NCBI GenBank assembly: GCA_943704415.1
Contig: CALSCO010001471.1
Coordinates: 1 to 43,541, forward strand
DNA from: Parvularia atlantis
Lineage: Eukaryota
Direction of reading: 5' to 3'
DNA: 43,541 bases
In this document: in pieces, positions 25,089 through 36,520 of the stretch
Numbering within the stretch: the stretch's first letter is position 1
How the letters are laid out: every line of letters starts with the position of its first letter
The notes under the pieces: generated by a model
Seen by the model: the letters and a program-made list of their open reading frames with translations, nothing else
The model's database searches: none
What the model was told of the DNA's origin: nothing
Made by a program: the position numbers and the translations under genes

Positions 25089-25444
25089 ATGGCCCGCGCC
25101 GGCGCAGTGCCCAAGGCGACGCTCAACCTCTTTGGCGTGACGGGCGAGCGCGTGCGCATGTGGTGCGCCGTCCTCCCCCCGTCGCCTCCCTCCCCTCGCC
25201 GTGCTCACGGCGCGCGTCCATCCAGGCTGCCGTCGCTCGCCGCGTGGGCCGTCGCCGGCGGCATCGCCGTCTCGTTCTTCGCCGAGCCGGTGCGCCCGTG
25301 CTGCTGCGCCTGCTGCCGCCCCGCCGTGCGACGAGGGAGGACTGACGGGAGGGGCGCGCGCAGGTGCCGCTGTTCCGGCGAGACGTGCTCTCGCAGCTGC
25401 CGATCATCGGCGGCCGCTGGGCTGCGAAGCCCGTCGAGGAGTGA
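25089..25444 (+). CDS. QCR10: Cytochrome bc1 complex subunit 10, fungal Qcr10 type (2 introns)
   Basis: Spliced: MARAGAVPKATLNLFGVTGERVRMWLPSLAAWAVAGGIAVSFFAEPVPLFRRDVLSQLPIIGGRWAAKPVEE-TGA. Confidence 0.85.
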
Positions 25445-25469
25445 GCCGCTTGCTGCTCTCTGGTGCTCA

Positions 25470-26023
25470 CGACGAACAAGACATCCACACGACGCCACTC
25501 TGCCCAGCAACTCCCACAGGCAGTACAGCAGCGCGGCCGCGAGCGCCAGGTGAATGGGCGTGAGCACGAGCACGAGCACAAGCACAAGCAGCTTGGCGTT
25601 CGGGCCGCGCACGGCCGGTGCCACGGCCTTGCCGACCGTCCCGGCTGGCAGGACGAGCGTGCCGACGCCGGCCGTGTGCAGGAACGTGCTCGACACCGTG
25701 AACTGCGCCCGCGCGTGGGCGATTTCAGCGCTGCCGCCAGACACAAGACGGGCGCTGCGAGCCGGCACCGTGTAGTGCGTCTTGGCCGCGCTGATCGCGT
25801 CGAACGGGAGGACGATGCCGCCGTCGTGGCCGCGCTGCAGGAACAGCGCCGCGTGCAGCAGCGGCAGGTCCGCGGCGAAGTCGACGAGCGTCAAGCCGAG
25901 CACCAGCGCGGCGCAGGCGGCGGCCACGGCGTCCGTGCGCAGGGAGATGGCGCGCTCGGGGCCTGCGGCAGCAGCGGCGGCGATGGCGGCCGTCGAGCAG
26001 GACGCTGAAACAGTCGGTCTCAC
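25470..26023 (-). CDS. Small multi-pass membrane protein, possibly Shr3-like ER chaperone; ends uncertain
   Basis: Open frame with several hydrophobic segments; LVLGLTLVDFAADLPLL..AAKTHY loosely echoes Shr3. The unspliced ORF would run antisense into QCR10, so the 3' end is unresolved. Confidence 0.4.
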
Positions 26024-26047
26024 ATCGGTCAGAGATCCGTCGTCGCG

Positions 26048-27244
26048 ATGGCCGTCGTCGTGCGCGTCGTCTCGGCCGTGCCGCAGCTGCGCGAGGCGCT
26101 CGTGCGCCGGCAGCTCGACGCGCCGGACGGGCCGCTCGCTGCCGTCGCGCTGCGATTCGGGCTGGACGCCGATGCCGACGACGCGACCGTGCTACTCGCC
26201 GATCCGGGCCTCGTCACGGCGGCGCTCGCGACGCGCGACCCGCGGCTGGCGCGCGTGCGCTGGATGCACAGCACCTGGGCCGGCGTCAATGCGCTCTTCG
26301 CACGCGACGGTGGCGCTCCCGCGGCCGTGCTGCGCGAGCGCGGCGTCGCGCTGACGCGGCTGGCGACGGGGCTGGGCGAGCTCAGCGCCGAGTACGTCCT
26401 CGGTCCGTGTTGCCTGCCCCGTTTGGCCCCTGCCCCTGCCGCCCTGCCCCTTTCCTGCGCCCTGGTTGGCTGCTGATCATCGCGATTGCGCAGGCAGCGT
26501 GATCGCGCACGAGCGCCGCTTCGCGCACTACGCGCAGCAGCAGGCGCGGGGCGTCTGGGACGACGCGCAGCCGCCGTACCGCCCGCTCCGCACGCTCGTC
26601 CTCGCCGTGCTCGGCGCGACCGGGCGCCTCGGCCAGGCCACGGCGCGCGCCGCCAAGACGTTCGGCATGACGGTGCACGGCCACGCGCGCCGCCCGCACA
26701 CCGCCGCGCCGCACGTCGATCGGCTCTTCGTGGGCGACGCCGCGCTCGACGCGTGCCTCGCCTCGGCCGACTACGTCGTCGCGTGCCTGCCCTCGACCGA
26801 TGCCACGCGCGGCCTGCTCGCCGGCGACCGTCTCCGCGTCTGCGTCGCGCGCCGTCCCGTGCTGATCAACGTCGGCCGCGGCGATCTCGTTGACGACGCG
26901 TCGCTCGTCCACGCACTCGACAGCGGCTGGATCAGGTGCGGCTCGCGCCTCTTCGGCCTGCCCGACTGACGCCGCACGCGTGACGTCGCAGCCACGCCAT
27001 CCTCGACGTCTTCGCGCCCGAGCCGCTCGACGCCGGCAGCCCACTCTGGCCGCACCCGTGCGCGTCCTCGCACTCTGCCTTTCGAACACAAACTGATCGC
27101 GCGGACAGGCGCGTGACGGTCACGCCGCACGTCTCGGCGCGTAGCCTCGCGGCCGACGTCGTCGAGTCGTTCGAGGCGAACCTCGCGCGCCACCTCGCCG
27201 GCGAGCCGCTGCGGCACACGGTCGACATGGACGCCGGCTACTGA
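26048..27244 (+). CDS. D-isomer-specific 2-hydroxyacid dehydrogenase (GhrA-like), 3 introns
   Basis: WMHSTWAGVN, VLGATGRLG, LPSTDATRGLL, INVGRG, LDVFAPEPL..PLW, VTPHVSA, VDMDAGY-TGA. Confidence 0.92.
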
Positions 27245-27349
27245 GACCGAGCGCGAGCGCGTGCAGTGTCAAAAAGAATAAACTTTACCAGGTAGAAGAC
27301 GACATGTCACAAAGAATGCGAGGGTGGTGTGGCCGGTCCCGGCGCTGCG

Positions 27350-29755
27350 TCACATGGACGGCTGGTCAGACGCATAGTCCGGCTGGAAGTCGGGCGACAG
27401 CTTGATCGAGCGCGCCGCTGCGTTGCCCACGCCGGTCGCCTCGCCGCCGTCGAACGTGAAGCCTGCGTGCACGCGTGCGACCGCGTGCACAGTCAGCACG
27501 CAGCGGCGACGGGCCGGCGTCGGCGCACCCTTGAACTTTTCTTGCACCGAGTCGGGAAGCGGCGCCGTGTCGACGAGCGAGTCCTCGGGGATCTCGCTGA
27601 GGAACTGCTCGTCGACCTGACTCGCGTCGAGCTCGGACGTCTGTCCCGCGGTGAGCCACATGCCCCGCACGCAGCAGCAGCAGCGAAGGGCGCACCACGG
27701 CCGGCTTGAACGGTGCCGCCACCGACTTTTTCGCGAGACGGTCGAACGGGATATCGGCGAAGAACGGGTGCGCCTGCCGACGCCCGAGGTGAGCGTGCGC
27801 GTAGCGCCAAGATGCAGGGCGGGCCGCACCTTGATGTCGTCGGCACCGCTCGGGCCCGCGCCGAGCCGCCGCTCGGGGTCGCGCGTGAGTAGCTGCGCGC
27901 GACACGTGGGGTCAGCCACGGCGCACTAGAGGGCACACGGGCGCACGGCGCACCCCCTGCAGCAGTGACCGCGCGTTAGGCGTGATCTCGGGCGGAAAGG
28001 TGAGCTCGCTGAAGAGGATCTTCTTGTACATGAGGTTCGTGTTGTCAGAGAAGAACGGCGGCAGGCCTGTCAGCATCTCGTACAGGAGGATGCCGAGCGA
28101 CCACCAGTCGACGGCCTGACCTGGGTCCCGGCGCCGCGCAGGGCTCGCGTCAGAGCAAACAGACGCCGCAAGGAGCAGCGGCGCACCGTAGCCCTGGCCC
28201 TTGAGCACCTCGGGCGCGAGGTACTCGGCCGTCCCGCAGAACGTCTCGGCCACGTCGTCGGGCCCAGACTGCTCCTTGCACAGGCCGAAGTCTGTCAAGG
28301 CAACGTGGCCGTTGCTGTCCAGCAGCACGTTCTCGGGCTTGAGATCACTGGTGCGGCGCACATTAGACGCCTCACCCACCCCACCAGCGCGCCGCACCGA
28401 TAAATAATGCCGCAGTTGTGCAGGTGCTCGAGCGCGAGCGTCAGCTCGGCCGTGTAGAACCGCGCCTGCATCTCGCTGAACACCTGGCGACGCAAGCATG
28501 TGCGTGAGTCGCGCGAAGAGCGAGGCGTGCACGCGCCCGCACCTGCGCGTTCGACAGGTGGTAGAACAGCTCGCCGCCGTTGATGTAGTCGATCACGAGG
28601 TACAGCTGCGTGGCGCGCGCAATGAGCCGCGAGCAGCGCGCGTGCGCTGCCAGCGCACCTTGGACGGCGTCTGGAACGAGAACTTGAGCTGCACAAGGAA
28701 CGGGCTGTCCATGCGTGCGAGCACGTTGCGCTCCGACAGCGTGTGCTGGATCTCGTCGCTGCACGCCGCACACCGCAGTGGCGTCAGCAGCACGCGACGT
28801 CGCCGCGCAGTCGCACCGCTTGACAATCTTGTCCTTGCGCAGGATCTTCATGGCGTAGATCCGGCCCGAGTCCTTCTTGCGCACCTGCAGCACCTGCACG
28901 CGGGGCGTCAGGCGCATCCGCGGTCCGTAGTGCGAGCCGCACCTTGCCAAAACTGCCCTTGCCGACGACGCGCAGCAGCTGGAAGTCCTCGACGCTTAGC
29001 TGGCGGTACTGCGCACGGGCGCCGCGACGTTGAGGCCAGGCAACAAGCGGCCCGCCTGAACGCACGGTCTTGGGGGTGAACACAAACTGCACGTGGATGT
29101 CGCCCTTGATGCTCTTGTACTGCCGCCCCTTAAGCTTGAACCAGACCTGCTGCTTTTTCTGCGCGCACAGCCGGGCCGATCAGCACGCCGTGCGCAGTAC
29201 GAGCGAGGTGGTCGCCGCCCGCACCCCGTCGATGCGCGCCGGCCGCACGGTGCACGAGCCCAGGAACTCCTCGTTGTTGCCATCCTCGGTGTTTGCGCGG
29301 TCCCAGACGGTGATGGCGAACTCGCTGTCGGTCCGCGTCACGTCGCTGCGGCACGGCGACGCGCAGCGTGAGGCGCATCGCACGTGACGCTTGCCCGGGA
29401 GGGGGGCGGCCGATGAGGACGCACAACGACGCGCCATGGTTCCAGACCGGGTTGACGCCGCTGCTCTCGCGCGTCACAAACTCGCTCTTCTCGAACTCGA
29501 CAACGCAGTCTACGAAGGGGCGCGTTCCACCCCACGTCAGTCACGTCCACAACGACGCGTCGCGGCGCACGCACACGGCCGGCACGGACGGTCCGAGTGT
29601 CCCACGTTGCGCGCCTGCAGCACGATCACGTCCAGCTGGCCCACGAGGCGCCCGGGCGTCGTGTTGCGCATGTCGATGTCCATCGCCGCCCCGTCGCTTG
29701 CGCCACTCGCGGCCACGGCGGCGGCGGCCTCGGCAGCAGCAGCGGCCGCGTCCAT
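27350..29755 (-). CDS. AGC kinase with N-terminal C2-like domain, Ypk1/Gad8/SGK type (~14 introns)
   Basis: RPYCVVEF, NPVWNH, VVGKGSFGKV, YAMKIL, HTLSERNVL, YRDLKPENVLLD, DFGLCK, TFCGTAEYLAPE, hydrophobic motif FKGFTF. Confidence 0.93.
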
Positions 29756-30014
29756 CGCCTCGTTGTCGGCTGCGCGTTGCAACCTGCGCCCCGTCAGCCC
29801 GCCTTGTCCCGCGCAGGCCCCACGAGGCACGAAACACGCGCGCGACGGCGGCGAAACAGCGGCGAAACAGCGTGTCGCAGGTCGCAGCGCCCCTCCCGCG
29901 GCGGCCCCTCCGGGCGGCTCCGCCCGACTGCGCCCTTCACACGTTTCGCGCGAGCTCTGCCGACCACGTGGACGCGCGCAAACAAACCTAGACACTATCC
30001 TGAATGGCCGCGCG

Positions 30015-32778
30015 TCATGCTTCTCGGTTGAGTGGGCGCACGGCTTGCGGCGCGTCGGGCCGGCGCCAGACGAGCAGCGCGCCGAGGATGACGAAGCCGA
30101 GGAAGAGCACGAGGTCGAGGTGGGCGTCCAGCCACGCGACGACGTCGATGCGCACCGGCGTGATCGCCCTGGGCGCGGCGATGAGCCATCACCGCCGCAT
30201 TGACGCGCATCGCGCACGCACCACAGCCAGAGCTGCTGCAGCCGCACCACGCCCAGCAGCAGCGCGGCCGGCATCCACGCGTCGCTGTCGCGCTGCAGCG
30301 CCTGCGTGTACAGGTCGGCCGCGATCGCGAAGCTCTGCGGCGCGGGTGAGCCGGCCGAAATGTGCGCGCGCGAGATCCACGCGCCTGCTGCACGCCCACG
30401 CCGTACTGGTGCATGAACGCCAGGTTGAAGAGCGCGCGCGGCGAACGGTGCGTCAGGCCCGCTTCGGCGTACAGCCGGGCGGCGCGCGACTTTTGCACCG
30501 CCGTTGCGCGCCCCGCTGCCCGCCGCCCGTCCCTGCACCGCGCCCGTCAGACACACACCCAACAGAGCGCACGGCGCGCACCACAGCGTCTGCGGGATCT
30601 CGCCGCCGTAGTAGAGCCGGTCGCCCATGACCACGAGCGCGTGCGCGTCGCCCTGCCGTGCCGCTTGCTGCCACAGGCGGAACGCGCGCTCGCGGTACTC
30701 GGCCGCCCGCTCGGGGTTGCCCGTCATCAGCGAAACTGGGCAGCGCGCGTGAGGCAGCGCGCGGGTGGCACAGCAGCGACGAAAGACGCACGCTCGTCGT
30801 AGACGTGCGCCGCGTTGTGCTGCGCCACAGCCACCCCCAGCTCGGCCTGTGCGCAGTTGTCAGCGCAGCAGCAGCGGCACCCGCGTGCATGTTGCGCGCC
30901 TGCCACAGGTACATCATCGCAGCCGCGTGCAGATCGCCGCGCGTGTACGCCTCGAATGCCGACTTCATGGAGACGACAGGGCCCTGCTCGGCCGCGAGTT
31001 TGTAGTACTGGGGCGGCGAGTGAGCGCCGGCAGCGACAGAACGCGCACGCACCTTCACCGCGAGATCGCACGACTGCACCACGCCCAGGCCGCGGTCAAA
31101 AAAGAGCCCGAGGTGGTAGTAGCTGCGCTCGTGGTCTGCACGCGCGTCAACGAGGCGCAGCAGCGAGGGGCGCGGAACGCACGCCCGTTGGCTGCGCGCA
31201 TGAAGTACTCGAGCGCCTTGAAGTGGTCCTCCTGCACGCCCACGCCCTCGTAGTAGCACAGGCCGACGCTGTGGGCGCGCACCTCAGCCGACCGACTGCC
31301 ACAGCCACGCGAGCGCGCACCGGAAGAAGCCCTCGACGCTGCCCAGGTCTGCCGCGCGCTTGAAGAGCAAGAACGCGTACTTTGGCTGGCCCTGCAGCAC
31401 CATAATCACGCCGAGACCGATCATGCTGAGCGGGTCGTTCTGCGCGGCGCCGCGGTGTCAGCAGCCGCGCGCGTGGCAAGACGACGCGCACCATCTCGAC
31501 GCCACGGCGGAACATCTCCTCGGCCGTTTGGTTGTTCACGTCGACGCCCCACCCGTTCAGGTGCAGCAGCCCGAGCTGGCCGTATGCGCCCGCGACGCCC
31601 TGGTCGGCAGCGCGCTCGAGGTGCATGCGCGCCTGCCGCGTCATCAGCATAAGGCGCGGGGACACGGCGCAGCAGGAGAGCACCTGGGCATAGTCCTGGC
31701 GCTGGCCGTGCATGCCGTTGATCAGCACCGTGCCCATGACGGCGTTGGCCACGGGGTCGCCTGCGCCGCCTGAGCCGGCCGCGCGTGCTGCAGGCCTATC
31801 GCATGCACGCACCCAAGTCGGCCGCGAGCTGGTAGAACTGCACGTTGTCCTTGGCCGCGTCCTGGTCGCCGCGCACGTCGTCGTCATCGGTCAGCCACAG
31901 GCGCTCGTCCTGGTCGCCGTTGCCGTCGTTCTGCCAGCTGAGCGCTGCGAGCGGCGCGGATGTGAGCCGCACGTGAGCACGGGACGAGGCGAGCGCGCAC
32001 CGTCCTCGGCCGCCGCGCGGTAGTGCTGCAGCGCCGTCTGGCATCGCGCGGGCACGCCCAGCCCGGCGAGGTAGCGGTACCCGAGCACAATGTGCGCGTC
32101 GCCCTCGGGCCCCTCGTGCTGCGCCGCGAGCTTGTAGAGCACGAGCGCCTAGCGCTGCCGATCAGCCCGGCGCGGCGACGAGGCGACGAGCGCGGGACGC
32201 GCCTTGGCCGGGTCGCGCGGGAGGCCGTCGAGACCGTGCGCGTGCAGGAAGCCGAGCATCATCAGCGCGACCCAGTCGCCCTCGTCGGCCGCGGCCTCGT
32301 AGTGCGCGCGCGCCGCGGCCACGTCCTGCGCCACGAACTCGCCAAACTGCGCCGACGTCGACGTGTCGTGAGCAGCCGCACGGCGCGCGCGCGCGTCAAG
32401 AAGCAGTTAAGCACCAGATGCAGCGCGCCCAGCTCGGCCTCCGCCTCGACGTCGCCCTCGCGCGCCGCCATCTGCAGCAGCTGCACGGCGTCCGTCACGA
32501 GCGTCCGCCAGCGCGCGCCGTCCCGCTCCTCGAAGCTACGCGCGCCCTCCGTCAGCCGCGATCCTCCGCATCGGGCCGGACGGCAAGCCGCACCGCGCGT
32601 CGTCGAGCATGTCGACGGCGCGCACGAGCGGGTCGTCCACGTCGCCCGAGAACTCGTCCAGATACACGCGCTCGGCCGCGTCGGCGTCGTCGAAGGCGCC
32701 CGTGACGTCGGCGGCGTGCGCTGTGCCGATCGCGGCGGCGACGAACAGCAGCAGCAGCGGCGGCAGCAGTCGATGCAT
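30015..32778 (-). CDS. SEL1L/Hrd3-like ERAD Sel1-repeat type I membrane protein (~14 introns, three GC-AG)
   Basis: Signal peptide MHRLLPPLLLLFVAAAIG; Sel1 repeats (LGYRYLAGLGVPARCQTALQHY, LGLLHLNGWGV, GLGVVQSCDLAVKYYKLAAEQG, RALFNLAFMHQYGVGV); C-terminal TM LVLFLGFVILGALLVW. Confidence 0.9.
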
Positions 32779-32849
32779 CGCTGTGGCACGATGAACGATG
32801 TATTTTGCACGTGCACACGGGCGGCAGGAGAGGGAGGGGGGTTGATGGC

Positions 32850-33392
32850 TCACGAGGCGGGCTGCTGTTGCTGTGAACGTGAGTGCTGCGGACCAGGAGC
32901 AGACGACGATGCACTCGGTGCAGCAGTCGCACTCGGTGCTGCAGTCGCACTCGGTGCTGCTGGCCCGCTCGTCGGTGCCGCCCCGCCAGCAGGCGCAGCG
33001 CCGGCCACCTCAGAGCGCACGCTGCGCACGAGCGTGCACGGCGTGCCGTTGCGGACGGCGTGCGTGCCCTCGCGCAGGAAGCGCAGATTGCCCGTCACGA
33101 GCCCGTCGCAGTCGAGCGCGACGGCGCGGTGTCGTCGCAGGAACGCGAAAAAGTCGTCGGCGTCGCCCAGCACGAGCTTGCGCCCCTCGACGTAGACGTA
33201 GCGCTCCTCCTCGGGCGGCGGGCGGTGGCCCGTCACTGCGATTGCACGATCACGAGCGCACGTTCAGCCGCCGCGTTCCCGATGCGCACAGAGCGCACGA
33301 CAAAGGCGCACGCGGCCGCAGGCGCCGCACCGCACCGCACCGCAGTTGTACAGGTCCCGCAGCGACGTCACGTGCGCGCACGGGTCTGTCAT
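32850..33392 (-). CDS. Small uncharacterised protein (1 intron)
   Basis: MTDPCAHVTSLRDLYNC|VTGHRPPPEEERYVYVEGRKLVLGDADDFFAFLRRH.. joined by a GT-AG intron; C-terminus has three 18-bp APSATA repeats. Confidence 0.6.
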
Positions 33393-33691
33393 GCTCTCGA
33401 GTGTCGAAAGCTGTATCGCATCCGGCCGCCCCCCTTAGGAGCTGCGATCGCGATCAGCGGCGCGCCCGATGCGCCGCGCCCGGCCCACCGCGCGCGGTGC
33501 ATCGTGCTGGGGCGGCGCGGGATGGACGTGGATGTGTGGGCGCCGCGTGCGGATGGTTCGCGGATGGGCGGATGGACGGGTCGGCGCGGCGCGACGTGGA
33601 TGGTCCCCGCGGCTGTTGTGGGCCGCGCCGCAACGGCTGAATTTCGCCAGGGCGCGCAGACGGGCGACGAGAAGGGTTGGCGACGACGACG

Positions 33692-36127
33692 ATGGCCTTC
33701 AACCACCGCGGCGGGCTGGCGCTGCCGGCGGGCCTGACGGGCGTGCGCTTCGCCGAGCTGCTGGAGCAGCTCAAGGCCGAATACGACGCGGTGCACGGCG
33801 AGCTGAGCGCAGCCAAGGTGCAGCGCGACGAGTACGAGCTCAAGTGTGCGTCGATCCCCCCCGCGTGTGCACGGCGGGCTCCCGCTCACGCGCACGTGCG
33901 CCGCAGACCAGCAGCAGATTCAGGAGATGGCCGTGTTCCAGCAGGCCATCTTCGAGCTCGACCGGCAACACCAGAAGGTCAAGCAGGCGCTGGAGGACGA
34001 GAACCTGAGGCTACGGCGCGACCTGGGCCTCGTCCAGGCGCGTCGCGGGCGGTGCCTCGTCGGGCGTGTGCTGACGAAGGACACGCGCAGCAGACGTCGG
34101 GCACGGCGCGCAGCAGCTCCAACGCGCCGGCGCCGAGCCTTGCGGCTGGCGTTACGTCGACGCCAACGCAGCTCGCACCGCTCGACATGTGCGTGGCCCG
34201 CGCGCCCTTCCCGTCGCATCGCTGATGGCCGCGGTGCACGCAGCGCCAACGGCAAGCGGCAGCGCACCGACGCGCCAGCCCTGCCGACCGGCCCTGCGTC
34301 GCTCGCCGCGCCAGTAGGGGCAGCAGCGGCAGGGACACCAACCGCAGGAGCAGCAGCGTCGGCAGCAGCAGCGGCCGGCGAGGTTGTGGACAAGGAGCAG
34401 CGCGCAAACAAGGCACGTCTAGATGTGCGGGAGAGCGCCGCGCCTGACGTTGCCGCGGCAACTCCCCGAAGCGGCGCAACCATGGAGGGACGGGCACGGG
34501 GCCCGTGCTGGCTGGCAACGGGCCTGGCGCGATGGGGGCCGCGGCTGTCAAAGTGCGCGCTGCCCAGGGCGCGCGATGGTGCTGACGCTGGTCGCGCACC
34601 CTTGCATAGACCGCACCGCTCAGCCCGCTGCCCACGTCGGACTTTGACGTCGACACCGCGCCAACAGCTGCACGGAAGGAGGGCACAGACTGGATGCTCA
34701 TGTGCGCGCGGTCACCGTCTCGCTCGCTGTGCTTGCGCTGAGCCGACCTGCGGCAGCTACAACCAGAAGGTCACGATAACCACGCCCGACATCGACCTCG
34801 TGCACAGCATGGACCACGCCTCGGTCGTGTGCTGCATCAAATTCAGCGCTGACTCCAAGTACCTCGCCACGGGCTGCAACCGGCTCGCGCAGATCTTTGA
34901 CATCGCCACGGGTGCCAAAGTCGGGTGCGGCGTGCTGTCGCGGCGATGGCTGCTCGCTCATCATCCGCGCGTGTGCAGAGAGTTCTCCGAGAGCGCCGCG
35001 CGCGAGGGCGATCTGTACATCCGTTCGGTCTCGTTCAGCCCGGACGGCACGCTCCTGGCCACGGGCGCAGAGGACAAGCAAATCCGCGTACGCGCGATGC
35101 TCTTTGCTGCTGCGCAGTACCTCCGCCGTTGACGCGCGCGCGCTGGGCGGCCAGGTGTGGGACATCAAGAAGAACATGGTCAAGACGGTCTTCAGCGGGC
35201 ATGACCAGGACATCTACTCGCTCGACTTCTCGCGGGACGGCAAGCTCGTCGTGTCCGGCTCAGGCGACCGCACGGCGCGGATATGGAGCATGGAGACGGG
35301 CAAGGTCTGTGCGCGCTTGCAGAGCGGCTGGAGCGGCGCCTGACACACCAATATGCGCAGATCGTGCACGTCCTGCGCATCGACGACACGCCCACGCAGA
35401 AGGACGCCGGCATCACCTCGGTCACGTTCAGCCCCGACGGGCGCTATGTCGCTGCGGTGCGGCTGCTGCAGCCCGCACCCGTATGACGCGCTGAGTGGGC
35501 GGCGCCAGGGCTCGCTCGACCGCATCGTGTGGGTGTGGGACGTCAAGACAGGCCTGCTGGCGGAGCAGTTTGAGGGCCACCGCGACTCGGTCTACTCTGT
35601 CGCCTTCTCGCCTGACGGTGCGCCGCGCACGACGGCTCGCACATGCGCGCTGACCTGTATGCGCGCGCAGGCAACCTGCTCGTGTCGGGATCGCTCGACC
35701 GCACGCTGAAACTGTGGGACTTTGGCGCGCGCCGCGCGGGGAGCAAGACCAACGCGTGCAAGCTCACGTTTGTGGGGCACAAGGTGTGCTGGGCAGCAGA
35801 TTCGCGTGCGCCTGCTCACACGCGCCCCTCGCGTCCAGGACTTTGTGCTCTCAGTGTGCTTCTCGCCCGACGGCAAGTGGATCGTCTCGGGCTCGAAGGA
35901 CCGCTCGGTGCAGTTTTGGGACCCCAACAACGGCACAGTGCACTGCGTGCTTCAGGTGCGACCTCCTTCTGCTTGCCGCCACGGTGCGCTGCGGCCCTCG
36001 CTGACCATGAGTGCGCACAATGCAGGGCCACAAGAACTCGGTCATCTCGGTCGCGCTCAGCCCCGACTGCCAGCACTTTGCGACGGGCTCGGGCGACCTC
36101 AAGGCGCGCATTTGGAAGTACACGTAA
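33692..36127 (+). CDS. TUP1: Tup1-type general transcriptional corepressor, Tup_N coiled coil plus WD40 (~13 introns)
   Basis: [109 protein letters not shown]. Confidence 0.95.
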
Positions 36128-36388
36128 GCGGGTGCGGGCCCGCGGCTGCTGCTGCTCGCGCGGTGCCGAGGTGCTGCTGTACAGGCTCGGGGCATTGTGT
36201 CATGTGTCTGTGTTTGTATCGCAGACATGCTCGTTCTTCACGAGGGTACCGTAACGGGCCGCGCGCCAAGTGCTGCCGAAACACCGGCGCTAGCAATCAG
36301 GTGCGTCGGCGCAAGAAACGTGCGCGCAAAACAGAAGCAAAAAAAGGCCTTTCGAGAGGAGCGTGCTGGGAACTGCGCTCGTTGGGCA

Positions 36389-36520
36389 GAGGATGACTTC
36401 TTCGTCGAGGGCGAGATGGGCGCGCGCAGCTGGGTGCAGCGCGGCACGTTCCAGGCCCCGGCGTTCCTCTCGCGCCACAAGCCTCGACGCCGAGAAGCGC
36501 GTCAGCGAGCTGCAGGCGGT
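36389..36520 (+). pseudogene. Frameshifted remnant resembling the cytoplasmic-tail exon of the downstream FG-GAP gene
   Basis: 36483-36518 encodes LDAEKRVSELQA then a GTGCG donor; 40153-40188 encodes LDADKRLSEIVQ then a GTGCG donor at the same offset. No upstream exons were found. Confidence 0.5.

Noticed and set aside
34412..34471. Additional GC donor (AAG|GCACGT) in TUP1
   Set aside because: An in-phase canonical GTGCGG donor 12 nt downstream gives a normal-sized intron, so it was not counted.
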